From the NCBI GenBank assembly GCA_046484865.1, contig JAWOID010000063.1, positions 41,784 to 105,783 on the forward strand: a DNA stretch of 64,000 nucleotides. Direction: 5' to 3'. Shown here in pieces: positions 47,915-55,565 of this stretch. The stretch is from Candidatus Krumholzibacteriia bacterium. Its GTDB lineage: Bacteria > Krumholzibacteriota > Krumholzibacteriia > LZORAL124-64-63. Positions within the stretch are counted from its first letter, which is position 1. Each line of letters opens with the position of its first letter. Under the pieces are notes generated by a model that saw only the letters and a program-made list of their open reading frames with translations, was not told where the DNA came from and did not search any database. Made by a program: the position numbers and the translations under genes.

Positions 47915-50221
47915 TCACGCCGTTCGCACCGTGGCACCGCCCCGCAGCGGCGCGGTTTCCTGCGCCGGCAGGTCCACCTCGTCCTTCACCGACCAGCCGG
48001 TCTTCAGGCCGAGGACGAACCAGGCCAGAGCCAGCGTGCCGATGGCGAAGATCGAGTCGCCGATCACACGCATCCAGCGCAAGGTATTCAGCCAGTCCTG
48101 CTGCAGGAACTCGGCCGAACGGGCGTACCAGAGCCCGTGCTCGTGGCTGGCCAGGGTCTGGGCAAGCCCCACCGGCAGCACGCTGAGCAGCACCATGGCC
48201 GCCAGGCCGATGTTGATGGACCAGAACGCGAACCGGATGACGCCGTCCTTCCAGACCTTGCGCGCGGCCAGACCTTTCAGCACGAACAGCATCAACCCGA
48301 TGCCCAGCATGCCGTACACGCCGAACAGCGCCGTGTGTCCGTGCACCGGCGTGGTGTTCAGGCCCTGCATGTAATAGAGAGCGATGGGCGGGTTGATGAG
48401 GAAGCCGAAGATTCCCGCGCCCACCAGGTTCCAGAACGCCACCGCCACGAAGCAGTAGATGGGCCACTTGTACGCCTTGATCCAGGGGGTGGCCCGGCTG
48501 AGGGTCAGATTGTGGTAGGCCTCGAAGCCGAGCAGCACCAGCGGCACCACCTCGAGGGCGCTGAAGGTGGCGCCCAGGGCCAGCACCGCCGTCGGGGTGC
48601 CGGTGAAGTAGAGGTGATGGAAGGTGCCGATGATCCCACCGGCGAGGAACACGTTGGTGGCGAAGAGGGCCGCCGCCGTGGCCAGGTGGACGCGCAGGAG
48701 CCCCAGGCGCACGAAGAGGAAGGCGATCACCACGGTGGCGAAGACTTCGAAGAAGCCCTCGACCCAGAGGTGGACCACCCACCAGCGCCAGTACTCGGCA
48801 ATGGCGAGGTTGGTCTGCTGCCCCCACATCAGGCCCGCGCCGTAGAATCCGGCGATCGCTGCCGACGAGATCACGAACATGGCCAGCAACGGCCGGTTCT
48901 CGTCGCCGCGGCGCAGGGCCGGCAGCAGGGCGCGCACCATCAGGAACAGCCAGAGGAACAGTCCCACCAGCAACAGGATCTGCCACAGGCGGCCCAGGTC
49001 GACGTACTCGTAGCCCTGGTGGCCGAGCCAGAAGTTCTGGGTCAGGCCGAGCCGCTGCATGATGCCGAACCACTGCCCGGCGAGCGAGCCGCCCACCACG
49101 ATCAGCAGCGCACCGAAAAGGACGTTCACGCCCAGGCGCTGGAAGCGTGGCTCGTGTCCCGACACCGCCGGCGCCACGAACAGGCCGGTGGCCAGCCACG
49201 AGGTGGCGATCCAGAAGATGGCGAGCTGGACGTGCCAGGTGCGCGACAGGGAGTAGGGGAGGATGTTGCCGAGATCGATGCCGTAGAAGCCGCCGCCCTC
49301 CACGCTGTAGTGCGCTGTCACCGCACCCATGAACACCTGCACCACGATGAGCGCCACCACCACCCACATGTACTTGAGGGTGGCCTGCATCGACGGCGTG
49401 GGCCGCAGCCCCAGCAGCGGGTCGCGGTCGGGCATCATCGTCGGGTCCACTTCGTCCTCGCGGTGCGACGCGTAGTACCACGCCAGCAGGGCGATGCCCG
49501 CGATGAGCAGGATCACCGAGAACCCGGTCCAGAGCAGCAGGCTGGCGGTGGGCCGGTTGCCCACCAGGTCGTCCGCAGGCCAGTTGTTGGTGTAGGTGAT
49601 GTCCTGGCCCGGCCGCTGGGTGACGCAGGCCCAGGCGGTCCAGAAGAAGAACGCCGTCAGGTCGTCGCGCCGCTCCGGCGTGCTGACGGTGCCCAGGCGC
49701 ATGGCGTAGTCTTCGCGGAGATGGTCCAGGGCCGGGTCGTCGCCGAAGAGCGCGATGTAGTGCGCGGCCACCTCCGCGACGACCGCGGCCCTGTCGTCGC
49801 TCACCACGAGGTCGCCGCTGGCGGGGTCGTAGGTGTTCTCGCGCAGGTGGGCCTGCAGGCGAGCGGTCAGTCCGGCGCGCTGCTCCGGGTCCAGTTCGGT
49901 CGCCGGTCGGCCATGGTGCTCCAGCGACCAGCGCGTGAGCAGCGCGTCGGCTTCCCGGTGCAGCCAGTCGGCCGACCAGTCCGGCGCCAGATATGCGCCG
50001 TGGCCCCAGATCGAGCCCAGCTCGTGGCCGCCGGTGGACTGCCAGACGTTCTGTCCGTCCTTGATCTGCTTGCCGGTGAAGACCACGCGGCCGGATTCGG
50101 TCACCACCCGGTCGGGCACCGGTGGCGCCGAGCGGTAGATCTCGCCGCCGTAGTAGCCGAGCACCGCGAACGAGCCGACGATGACGATCGCGAAGACGAT
50201 CCAGAGCTTCTTGTAGTTCAT
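47915..50221 (-). CDS. norB: Quinol-dependent nitric-oxide reductase (qNor, single subunit)
   Basis: GSIWGHGAYLAPDWSADWLHRE, YTNNWP, RTWHVQ, WWVVHLWVEGFFE, GTFHHLY and HGHTALFGVYG motifs. Confidence 0.95.
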   Translation of the reverse strand: MNYKKLWIVFAIVIVGSFAVLGYYGGEIYRSAPPVPDRVVTESGRVVFTGKQIKDGQNVWQSTGGHELGSIWGHGAYLAPDWSADWLHREADALLTRWSLEHHGRPATELDPEQRAGLTARLQAHLRENTYDPASGDLVVSDDRAAVVAEVAAHYIALFGDDPALDHLREDYAMRLGTVSTPERRDDLTAFFFWTAWACVTQRPGQDITYTNNWPADDLVGNRPTASLLLWTGFSVILLIAGIALLAWYYASHREDEVDPTMMPDRDPLLGLRPTPSMQATLKYMWVVVALIVVQVFMGAVTAHYSVEGGGFYGIDLGNILPYSLSRTWHVQLAIFWIATSWLATGLFVAPAVSGHEPRFQRLGVNVLFGALLIVVGGSLAGQWFGIMQRLGLTQNFWLGHQGYEYVDLGRLWQILLLVGLFLWLFLMVRALLPALRRGDENRPLLAMFVISSAAIAGFYGAGLMWGQQTNLAIAEYWRWWVVHLWVEGFFEVFATVVIAFLFVRLGLLRVHLATAAALFATNVFLAGGIIGTFHHLYFTGTPTAVLALGATFSALEVVPLVLLGFEAYHNLTLSRATPWIKAYKWPIYCFVAVAFWNLVGAGIFGFLINPPIALYYMQGLNTTPVHGHTALFGVYGMLGIGLMLFVLKGLAARKVWKDGVIRFAFWSINIGLAAMVLLSVLPVGLAQTLASHEHGLWYARSAEFLQQDWLNTLRWMRVIGDSIFAIGTLALAWFVLGLKTGWSVKDEVDLPAQETAPLRGGATVRTA

Positions 50222-50320
50222 CGTTCCCCCTTTCTGCCGCCGCCGGCCCGTGGCCGGGCAGGCCGCATCCTGCCAGTCCCCTCAAAAGCTCACCGCATGT
50301 CCAGATGCGCTGAGCAGCCC

Positions 50321-50359
50321 AAAAAAAAGGCCGATCTCTGCGTTGCGGCGTCGATCAGC
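50321..50359 (-). terminator. Terminator-like hairpin + U8 at the end of the Rrf2 gene
   Basis: Minus strand GCTGATC…GATCGGC stem (one G-U pair) followed by C-TTTTTTTT; the stem overlaps the rrf2 stop codon. Confidence 0.55.
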
Positions 50360-50756
50360 GGCTCCCCAGGTCGGCCACCCGCCGGGACGAGACCAGGTCC
50401 TCGTAGGTCTGACGCACCTTCATCCAGTCGTCGTGCATGACGCAGGGGTTCTGCGGGTCGCACTGCGGCCGTCCGAAGGCGCACTCGTCCCGGATCGTGC
50501 TGCCAGGTCCGTCGAAGATCTCCACCACGTCCTTGATCGGCCGGCCGGGTGCGTCCGCGTGCAGCCGGAAGCCGCCGCCCCATCCCTTCTGCGACTCCAC
50601 CAGTCCCGCCTTTCGCAACTGGTTGAGGATCTTGGACAGGTAGTTGGCCGGTATGCCCGTCTGTTGCGCGATCTCCTCGCCGCGGACCATGGCACCAGGC
50701 CGGTCGGCCAGGTGACCGAGAACGTTCAGTGCGTAGCGTGCCGTCCGGCTGATCAT
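50355..50756 (-). CDS. Rrf2 family transcriptional regulator (three C-terminal Cys)
   Basis: YLSKILNQLRKAGLVESQKGWGGGFRL wHTH; CAFGRPQCDPQNPC. Confidence 0.93.
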   Translation of the reverse strand: MISRTARYALNVLGHLADRPGAMVRGEEIAQQTGIPANYLSKILNQLRKAGLVESQKGWGGGFRLHADAPGRPIKDVVEIFDGPGSTIRDECAFGRPQCDPQNPCVMHDDWMKVRQTYEDLVSSRRVADLGSR

Positions 50757-50765
50757 ATTCAGGAC

Positions 50766-50805
50766 CTCAATGGATGATCTTATCTCTTGAGTGCGAAAAC
50801 GTCAA
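50766..50805 (-). promoter_or_regulatory. Sigma70 promoter of rrf2 overlapped by an inverted repeat (candidate operator)
   Basis: Minus strand TTGACG-N17-TAAGAT; plus strand CTCAATGGAT-N6-ATCTCTTGAG (8/10 inverted match) spans the -10. Confidence 0.65.
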
Positions 50806-50947
50806 CTCCCTTGTGCCAGGGGAAATGTGTCCAGCGGTTCGAGGCGCCGAGTGGCAGCATGATGGCTACCACCGGACGGACGAAGGATCAAATCCAGTGC
50901 CCGTGCAGGGGTGCTCGGAGCCCTGGACACATTTTCCCTGGCAGAAC

Positions 50948-51568
50948 CTAGGAGCCCCAGAGGTCGTTGGTATCGACTTTCCGGCCCATCAGCTTCAGAT
51001 AGTAGAACAACTGCGCCTTGTGGGTGGCGAGATGCAACACCATGTGCAACAGGTGCCGGCCCAGCGGCATCTGTCGCTGATCCCAGGGTGCGGCGAAGGA
51101 ATCGAAGGACAGGCGGTTCTCGCCGGCTTGCTCCAGCATGTCCAGTGCGATCGTGCGGTCCTCTGCCAGGGCGTCGCGGGCCTGCTGCACGCTGGCGACG
51201 GAGGGCATTCTCTCCGCGGGCGGAAGCCAGTCCTGGTCGCCACCGGCCCCGGTTGCAGCGGTGTCGCCGGTCGCACCGCCGGCCGCATCACCGGCCGCGC
51301 CGCCGGCGGCACCACCGGTCGCATCGCCCGTCGTCGTATCGCTCTCGGCAGCGCCCTCGGCGCCGGGCGTCCAGTCGCCCGTGACGAACCCGCGGAAACA
51401 GAAGCCGCAAGCGCTCGTCATGTGCATGAGGAGCTGGCCGAGGTTCATCCAGTTCTCGCCGCTGGCGGGTTTCCAGCCCAGCTCGTCGTCCTGCACCATG
51501 GACATGAGGCGATCGGATGCCTGGTAGGTGTCCTCGATCTCTTCCTTCAGCAGTTCGGACCAGTTCAT
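50948..51568 (-). CDS. DinB/YfiT family protein
   Basis: LGWKP…GQLLMHM…HMVLHLATHKAQLFYYLKLMG His pattern; Gly/Ala-rich insert. Confidence 0.85.
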   Translation of the reverse strand: MNWSELLKEEIEDTYQASDRLMSMVQDDELGWKPASGENWMNLGQLLMHMTSACGFCFRGFVTGDWTPGAEGAAESDTTTGDATGGAAGGAAGDAAGGATGDTAATGAGGDQDWLPPAERMPSVASVQQARDALAEDRTIALDMLEQAGENRLSFDSFAAPWDQRQMPLGRHLLHMVLHLATHKAQLFYYLKLMGRKVDTNDLWGS

Positions 51569-51783
51569 GGCGTACCTCCATTGCGCGTCGGGTGCGGGGC
51601 CGATGATGCCCGGGAACCTGGCCGACGGGTAGGCGAAAGTCAAGCGAATATCCTGGCGGGCGTCGCCGGCGGCGACCGGCGGGACATCGCGACGGCACCG
51701 GTTGTGGCAGCGGATTGAAACCCACCTTTCTTTTCTGGCGCGGGCCGAGGCCGCTGGCTATTTTCGTGACATTGACGACGGCG

Positions 51784-51796
51784 TAACTCCTTGATT
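51784..51796 (-). promoter_or_regulatory. IHF-consensus-like site
   Basis: Minus strand AATCAAGGAGTTA matches WATCAANNNNTTR; lies just upstream of the 51813 gene. Confidence 0.4.
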
Positions 51797-51812
51797 TTCG
51801 AGAGGAAAATCA

Positions 51813-52094
51813 ATGTCAAGCGACACTTCTTCCAGGTGCCCCCACTGCGGTCAGACCTTGCTGCCCTGGCGCAGTCCCGACATGACCAGCTGGGGCGGCA
51901 ACATCCAGCTCGTGTGCTTCAACGACGAGTGCCCCTACTTCCAGGAGGGGTGGGAGTGGATGTTGTCCCAGTACAACGTCAAGGCCTCGTACCGCCACCG
52001 CCTCGATCCGCAGACCGGCGAGTCGGGCCCGCTGGCGGTCTGGAACAAGAACGCGCTCAAGGACAAGATCATGGCGGGTGGACAGGACGGCTAG
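51813..52094 (+). CDS. Small zinc-finger-like protein (CPHC…CFNDEC)
   Basis: GAGGA RBS; CPHC and VCFNDECPY Cys pairs. Confidence 0.8.
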   Translation: MSSDTSSRCPHCGQTLLPWRSPDMTSWGGNIQLVCFNDECPYFQEGWEWMLSQYNVKASYRHRLDPQTGESGPLAVWNKNALKDKIMAGGQDG

Positions 52095-52142
52095 CCGGCC
52101 GTCCGTCCGCAGCCGCCATGCACATCACGACGGGAGAATCCC

Positions 52143-53018
52143 ATGTCCGAAGCTTCCCGCCCTCGGGACATCTCCGCGCCCGGTGCAGCCGGCGATGATC
52201 GCGACGACGCCAGCCCGATCGATCGCCTCAAGGAGAAGATCCTCTCCGACTACGAGCGCATGAGCCTCGACGACGGTTTCGCGTTCGGGTGCCACCCCGG
52301 CGTGCCCTGTTTCAACGAGTGCTGCGGCGACGTCAACATCTTCCTGACGCCGTACGACGTCCTGCGCATGAAGAACGCGCTGGGCATGGGCTCGGCGGAG
52401 TTCCTCGAGCGCTACACCCAGATCCCGATCGAGCGCAATCAGGCGTTCCCGGTGGTGATGCTCAAGCTCGACGACGCCGCCGAGGGCAAGCCGTGCCAGC
52501 TCGTCGGCGACAGGGGCTGCTCCATCTACAACGACCGGCCCTGGCCCTGCCGGATGTACCCTCTGGGCCTGGCCAGTCCCAAGGACAAGGACGCCAAGGA
52601 CTTCTACTTCCTCATGAAGGAAGACGTCTGCCGCGGCTTCGAGGAGAGCGGCCGCTGGACGGTCCGCGAATGGCTCGAGGACCAGGGCATCGGTCCCTAC
52701 GACGAGTTCGGCCGGCTGTTCAAGGAGATCACGCTCCACGACTACTTCGGCACGGGTCGCAAGCTGACGCCGGAGCGGTTGGAACTGTTCTACATGGCCT
52801 GTTACGACCTGGACAGCTTCCGCCGGTTCGTCTTCCGCAGCACCTTCCTCAAGCGCTTCGATCTCGAACCGGATCTGATCGAGCGCATCCGGGACGACGA
52901 CGAGGAACTGCTACGGTTCGCCTTCCGCTGGCTGAAACTGGCGCTCTTCGGCGAGCCCACGGTGAAGATCCGGCCCGACGCCATGCCGCCGGCGGCCATG
53001 GCGCCCAAGGACGCCTGA
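52143..53018 (+). CDS. YkgJ family cysteine-cluster (CxxCxxCC) protein
   Basis: CHPGVPCFNECC, C…GCSIY..RP..CRMYP and CRG motifs. Confidence 0.88.
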   Translation: MSEASRPRDISAPGAAGDDRDDASPIDRLKEKILSDYERMSLDDGFAFGCHPGVPCFNECCGDVNIFLTPYDVLRMKNALGMGSAEFLERYTQIPIERNQAFPVVMLKLDDAAEGKPCQLVGDRGCSIYNDRPWPCRMYPLGLASPKDKDAKDFYFLMKEDVCRGFEESGRWTVREWLEDQGIGPYDEFGRLFKEITLHDYFGTGRKLTPERLELFYMACYDLDSFRRFVFRSTFLKRFDLEPDLIERIRDDDEELLRFAFRWLKLALFGEPTVKIRPDAMPPAAMAPKDA

Positions 53019-53031
53019 GAACGGCCGCTCG

Positions 53032-53604
53032 ATGACCGACGGGATCCGCATACGCACGGCCAGGATGAACGACGTGCCCGCGCTGCTGCACTACGCGCAC
53101 GCCATGTTCTCCGAGCGACTGCCCACGCTCTTCGACGTCGATCCCCTGCCTGATCTGCGCGCCGAGGAAGCCTTCGTCCGGCCGTACGTGGAGCGGCCCG
53201 GGTGGGTACTGTTCCTGGCCCTCGAAGGCCGGCGTGTCGTCGGACTGCTGAGCTTCAAACGTCACGACCATCCGCAGCTCTGTCACGGCGGCGAACTGGG
53301 CATCTCGCTGCTCGACGGCTGGCGCGGGCGCGGCGTCGGCACGCGCCTGCTGCAGGCAGTCGAGGAATGGGCGCCGCGCCACCAACTGCGGCGTCTCGAG
53401 TTGCAGGTGTTCGAGAACAACACCGGCGCCATCCGCCTCTACGAGCGGCTCGGCTACGAGCACGAAGGCCGGCGCCGGGGCGCCGTCAAGGTGCAGGGCC
53501 GCTATCTCGACATCCTGCTCATGGTGAAACGGATCGACCCGGTCGCGGCCCGCATGCAGCCGCGCAGCCGGCGTCGTCCTGCCGATCATCCGAAGAAGAC
53601 GTAG
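53032..53604 (+). CDS. GNAT family N-acetyltransferase (YhhY/AaaT-like)
   Basis: ELGISLLDGWRGRGVGTRLL and LELQVFENNTGAIRLYERLGY..EG. Confidence 0.9.
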   Translation: MTDGIRIRTARMNDVPALLHYAHAMFSERLPTLFDVDPLPDLRAEEAFVRPYVERPGWVLFLALEGRRVVGLLSFKRHDHPQLCHGGELGISLLDGWRGRGVGTRLLQAVEEWAPRHQLRRLELQVFENNTGAIRLYERLGYEHEGRRRGAVKVQGRYLDILLMVKRIDPVAARMQPRSRRRPADHPKKT

Positions 53605-54815
53605 GCCACCAGGATGGCGGCGAGGACGCCGGCCGCATCGGCCGCCAGCCCGCAGGCCGCCGCGTAGCGCGTGCGGCGCACCCCGACGCTGCCGAAGTAG
53701 ACCGCCAGGACGTAGAACGTGGTCTCGGTCGATCCCTGCATGACGCTGACCAGGCGACCGGCGAAGCTGTCGGCTCCGTGGACGGTCATCGTCTCCACCA
53801 TCATGCCGCGGGCGCCGCTGCCCGACAGCGGCTTCATGAGGGCGGTCGGCAGGCCGTCCACCCAGCGGGTGTCCACGCCGGCGGCGGCGGCGGCGGAGCG
53901 CACGCCTTCGAGCAGGAACTCCAGGGCGCCGCTGGCACGGAAGACGCCGATGGCCACCAGCATCCCCACCAGGTAGGGGATGATGCGTACGGCGACCTTG
54001 AACCCGTCCTTGGCGCCCTCCACGAACGTCTCGTACACCGGGATCCTCTGGAGCAGGGCGGCCACCAGGAAGGCGGCGATCACCAGGAAGATGAGCAGGT
54101 TGGCCAGCAGCGCCGAGGTGGGGGCGACCTGCTCCTCGGGCATGCTCGCGAACCAGGCCACCAGGCCGCCCACCAGGGCCGTCAATCCGCCGAGGTACGC
54201 CAGGACCACCGGATCCCACAAGCGCAGTCTCTGGACCGCCGCCACCGTCAGCAGCCCGACCAGGGTGGAGCAGTAGGTGGCCACCAGGATGGGCAGGAAG
54301 ACGTCGGTGGGGTCGGCCGCGCCCAGCTGTGCGCGGAAGGTGAAGATGGTCACCGGCACCACCGTCACCGACGACGTGTTGATCACCAGGAACAGGATCT
54401 GAGCGTCGGTGGCGCGGTCGGGGTCGGGGTTCAGCTCCTGCAATTCGCGCATGGCCTTGAGGCCCAGGGGCGTGGCCGCGTTGTCCAGCCCGAGCACGTT
54501 CGCGGCCATGTTCATGACGATGCTGCCGTGGGCGGGATGATCGGGAGGCACGTCGCGCAGCAGGCGCGTGAGCAGCGGGCGGAAGGCGCGGGCCAGCAAC
54601 TGCACCAGGCCGCCCTTCTCGCCCAGGCGCATGATCCCCAGCCACAGCGCCATGATGCCGGTCAGGCCGAGGGAGATCTCGAAGGCGGTGGCGCTCATCT
54701 CGAACGCGGCGCCCACCATCTCCTGCCACACGCCGGGCTCGCCCAGCAGCAGCCAGCGCGCCAGACCAGCCACCAGCGCAGCGAGGAAGAAGAAGGCCCA
54801 GATCGCGTTCAGCAT
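53586..54815 (-). CDS. Fused SpmA/SpmB nucleoside-recognition (gate) domain membrane protein
   Basis: ANVLGLDNAATPLGLKAM, INTSS, KPLSGSGARG and GSTETTFYVLAVYFGSV motifs. Confidence 0.92.
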   Translation of the reverse strand: MLNAIWAFFFLAALVAGLARWLLLGEPGVWQEMVGAAFEMSATAFEISLGLTGIMALWLGIMRLGEKGGLVQLLARAFRPLLTRLLRDVPPDHPAHGSIVMNMAANVLGLDNAATPLGLKAMRELQELNPDPDRATDAQILFLVINTSSVTVVPVTIFTFRAQLGAADPTDVFLPILVATYCSTLVGLLTVAAVQRLRLWDPVVLAYLGGLTALVGGLVAWFASMPEEQVAPTSALLANLLIFLVIAAFLVAALLQRIPVYETFVEGAKDGFKVAVRIIPYLVGMLVAIGVFRASGALEFLLEGVRSAAAAAGVDTRWVDGLPTALMKPLSGSGARGMMVETMTVHGADSFAGRLVSVMQGSTETTFYVLAVYFGSVGVRRTRYAAACGLAADAAGVLAAILVAYVFFG

Positions 54816-55214
54816 CGCCTCGGTCGCGCTCCGTCGATGGTCCCGTGGCTTGCGACGGCGCCGCCGCTCCGTCGGCGTCCGGTCCGCGGGAGCATAGCCC
54901 CCCGCGGCGTGATTGTCATCGGGCGATCGTGCGCTTGCCTCCTCCTGCTGCCCCGACTGGTCGCTTGACGCGGCCGGTCCGGCCGTTCCTGTCACCTGTC
55001 GCCGCCGGCTGACGGTTCCGCGGTCGCCGGTCGCCGGCCGGGGACACGGCGCCGCCGACGTGGCCTCTCGCCGCACGCCACAGATCTCCTCCTGACCGTC
55101 CCGGCACATCCCGGATCACGTGAACGGCACCCGCGGCGGCGGGCGGGCACCCGGATTGCCTCGCCGGTCGGTGCGGCCGCATGGGCAGGTATCCATCTCA
55201 TGGAGGAGGGCACG

Positions 55215-55397
55215 ATGATGACCGACGACCGTACCAAGCACGACCTGCATCCGCTGGACCTGGAGGAGGTGGAGCAGCGCCTGGAGGTGAGTCCGCTGCT
55301 CGTCGCAGGCGCCGACGACCCGCTCGTCGGGGGCGACACCACGTGCTGTTCGTGCAAGCTGCCGCCTCGCCCGGAGGATCCGGACGTCGGGGAGTAG
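55215..55397 (+). CDS. 60-aa putative RiPP/signal precursor peptide
   Basis: Strong RBS GGAGGAGG; MMTDDRTKHDLHPLDLEEVEQRLEVSPLLVAGADDPLVGGDTTCCSCKLPPRPEDPDVGE; sits directly upstream of the acyltransferase and protease genes. Confidence 0.7.
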   Translation: MMTDDRTKHDLHPLDLEEVEQRLEVSPLLVAGADDPLVGGDTTCCSCKLPPRPEDPDVGE

Positions 55398-55565
55398 CCG
55401 CTCGCCGGAGCGTCGCCGGCCGTGCCTCGCCCCCGGGTGGCGGCCGGCGGCGCCGCCGGTGCCGGAGCCGGACGGCTCCACGCCCGCGGGCGGAGCCCCG
55501 CCGCGCGCGGCGGGGAGGCGAGCCGGACCCGCCACGATCACCTGACGCCGCCAGGGAGGGCGCCG

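Noticed and set aside
53032..53604. GNAT acetyltransferase as part of the RiPP cluster
   Set aside because: Separated from the precursor by an opposite-strand spmAB gene, and it closely follows the YkgJ gene; looks like an ordinary YhhY-type GNAT.
55422..55565. Longer N-terminus for the acyltransferase (ORF from 55422)
   Set aside because: The extension is low-complexity and palindrome-rich; ATG 55566 has a clear RBS.
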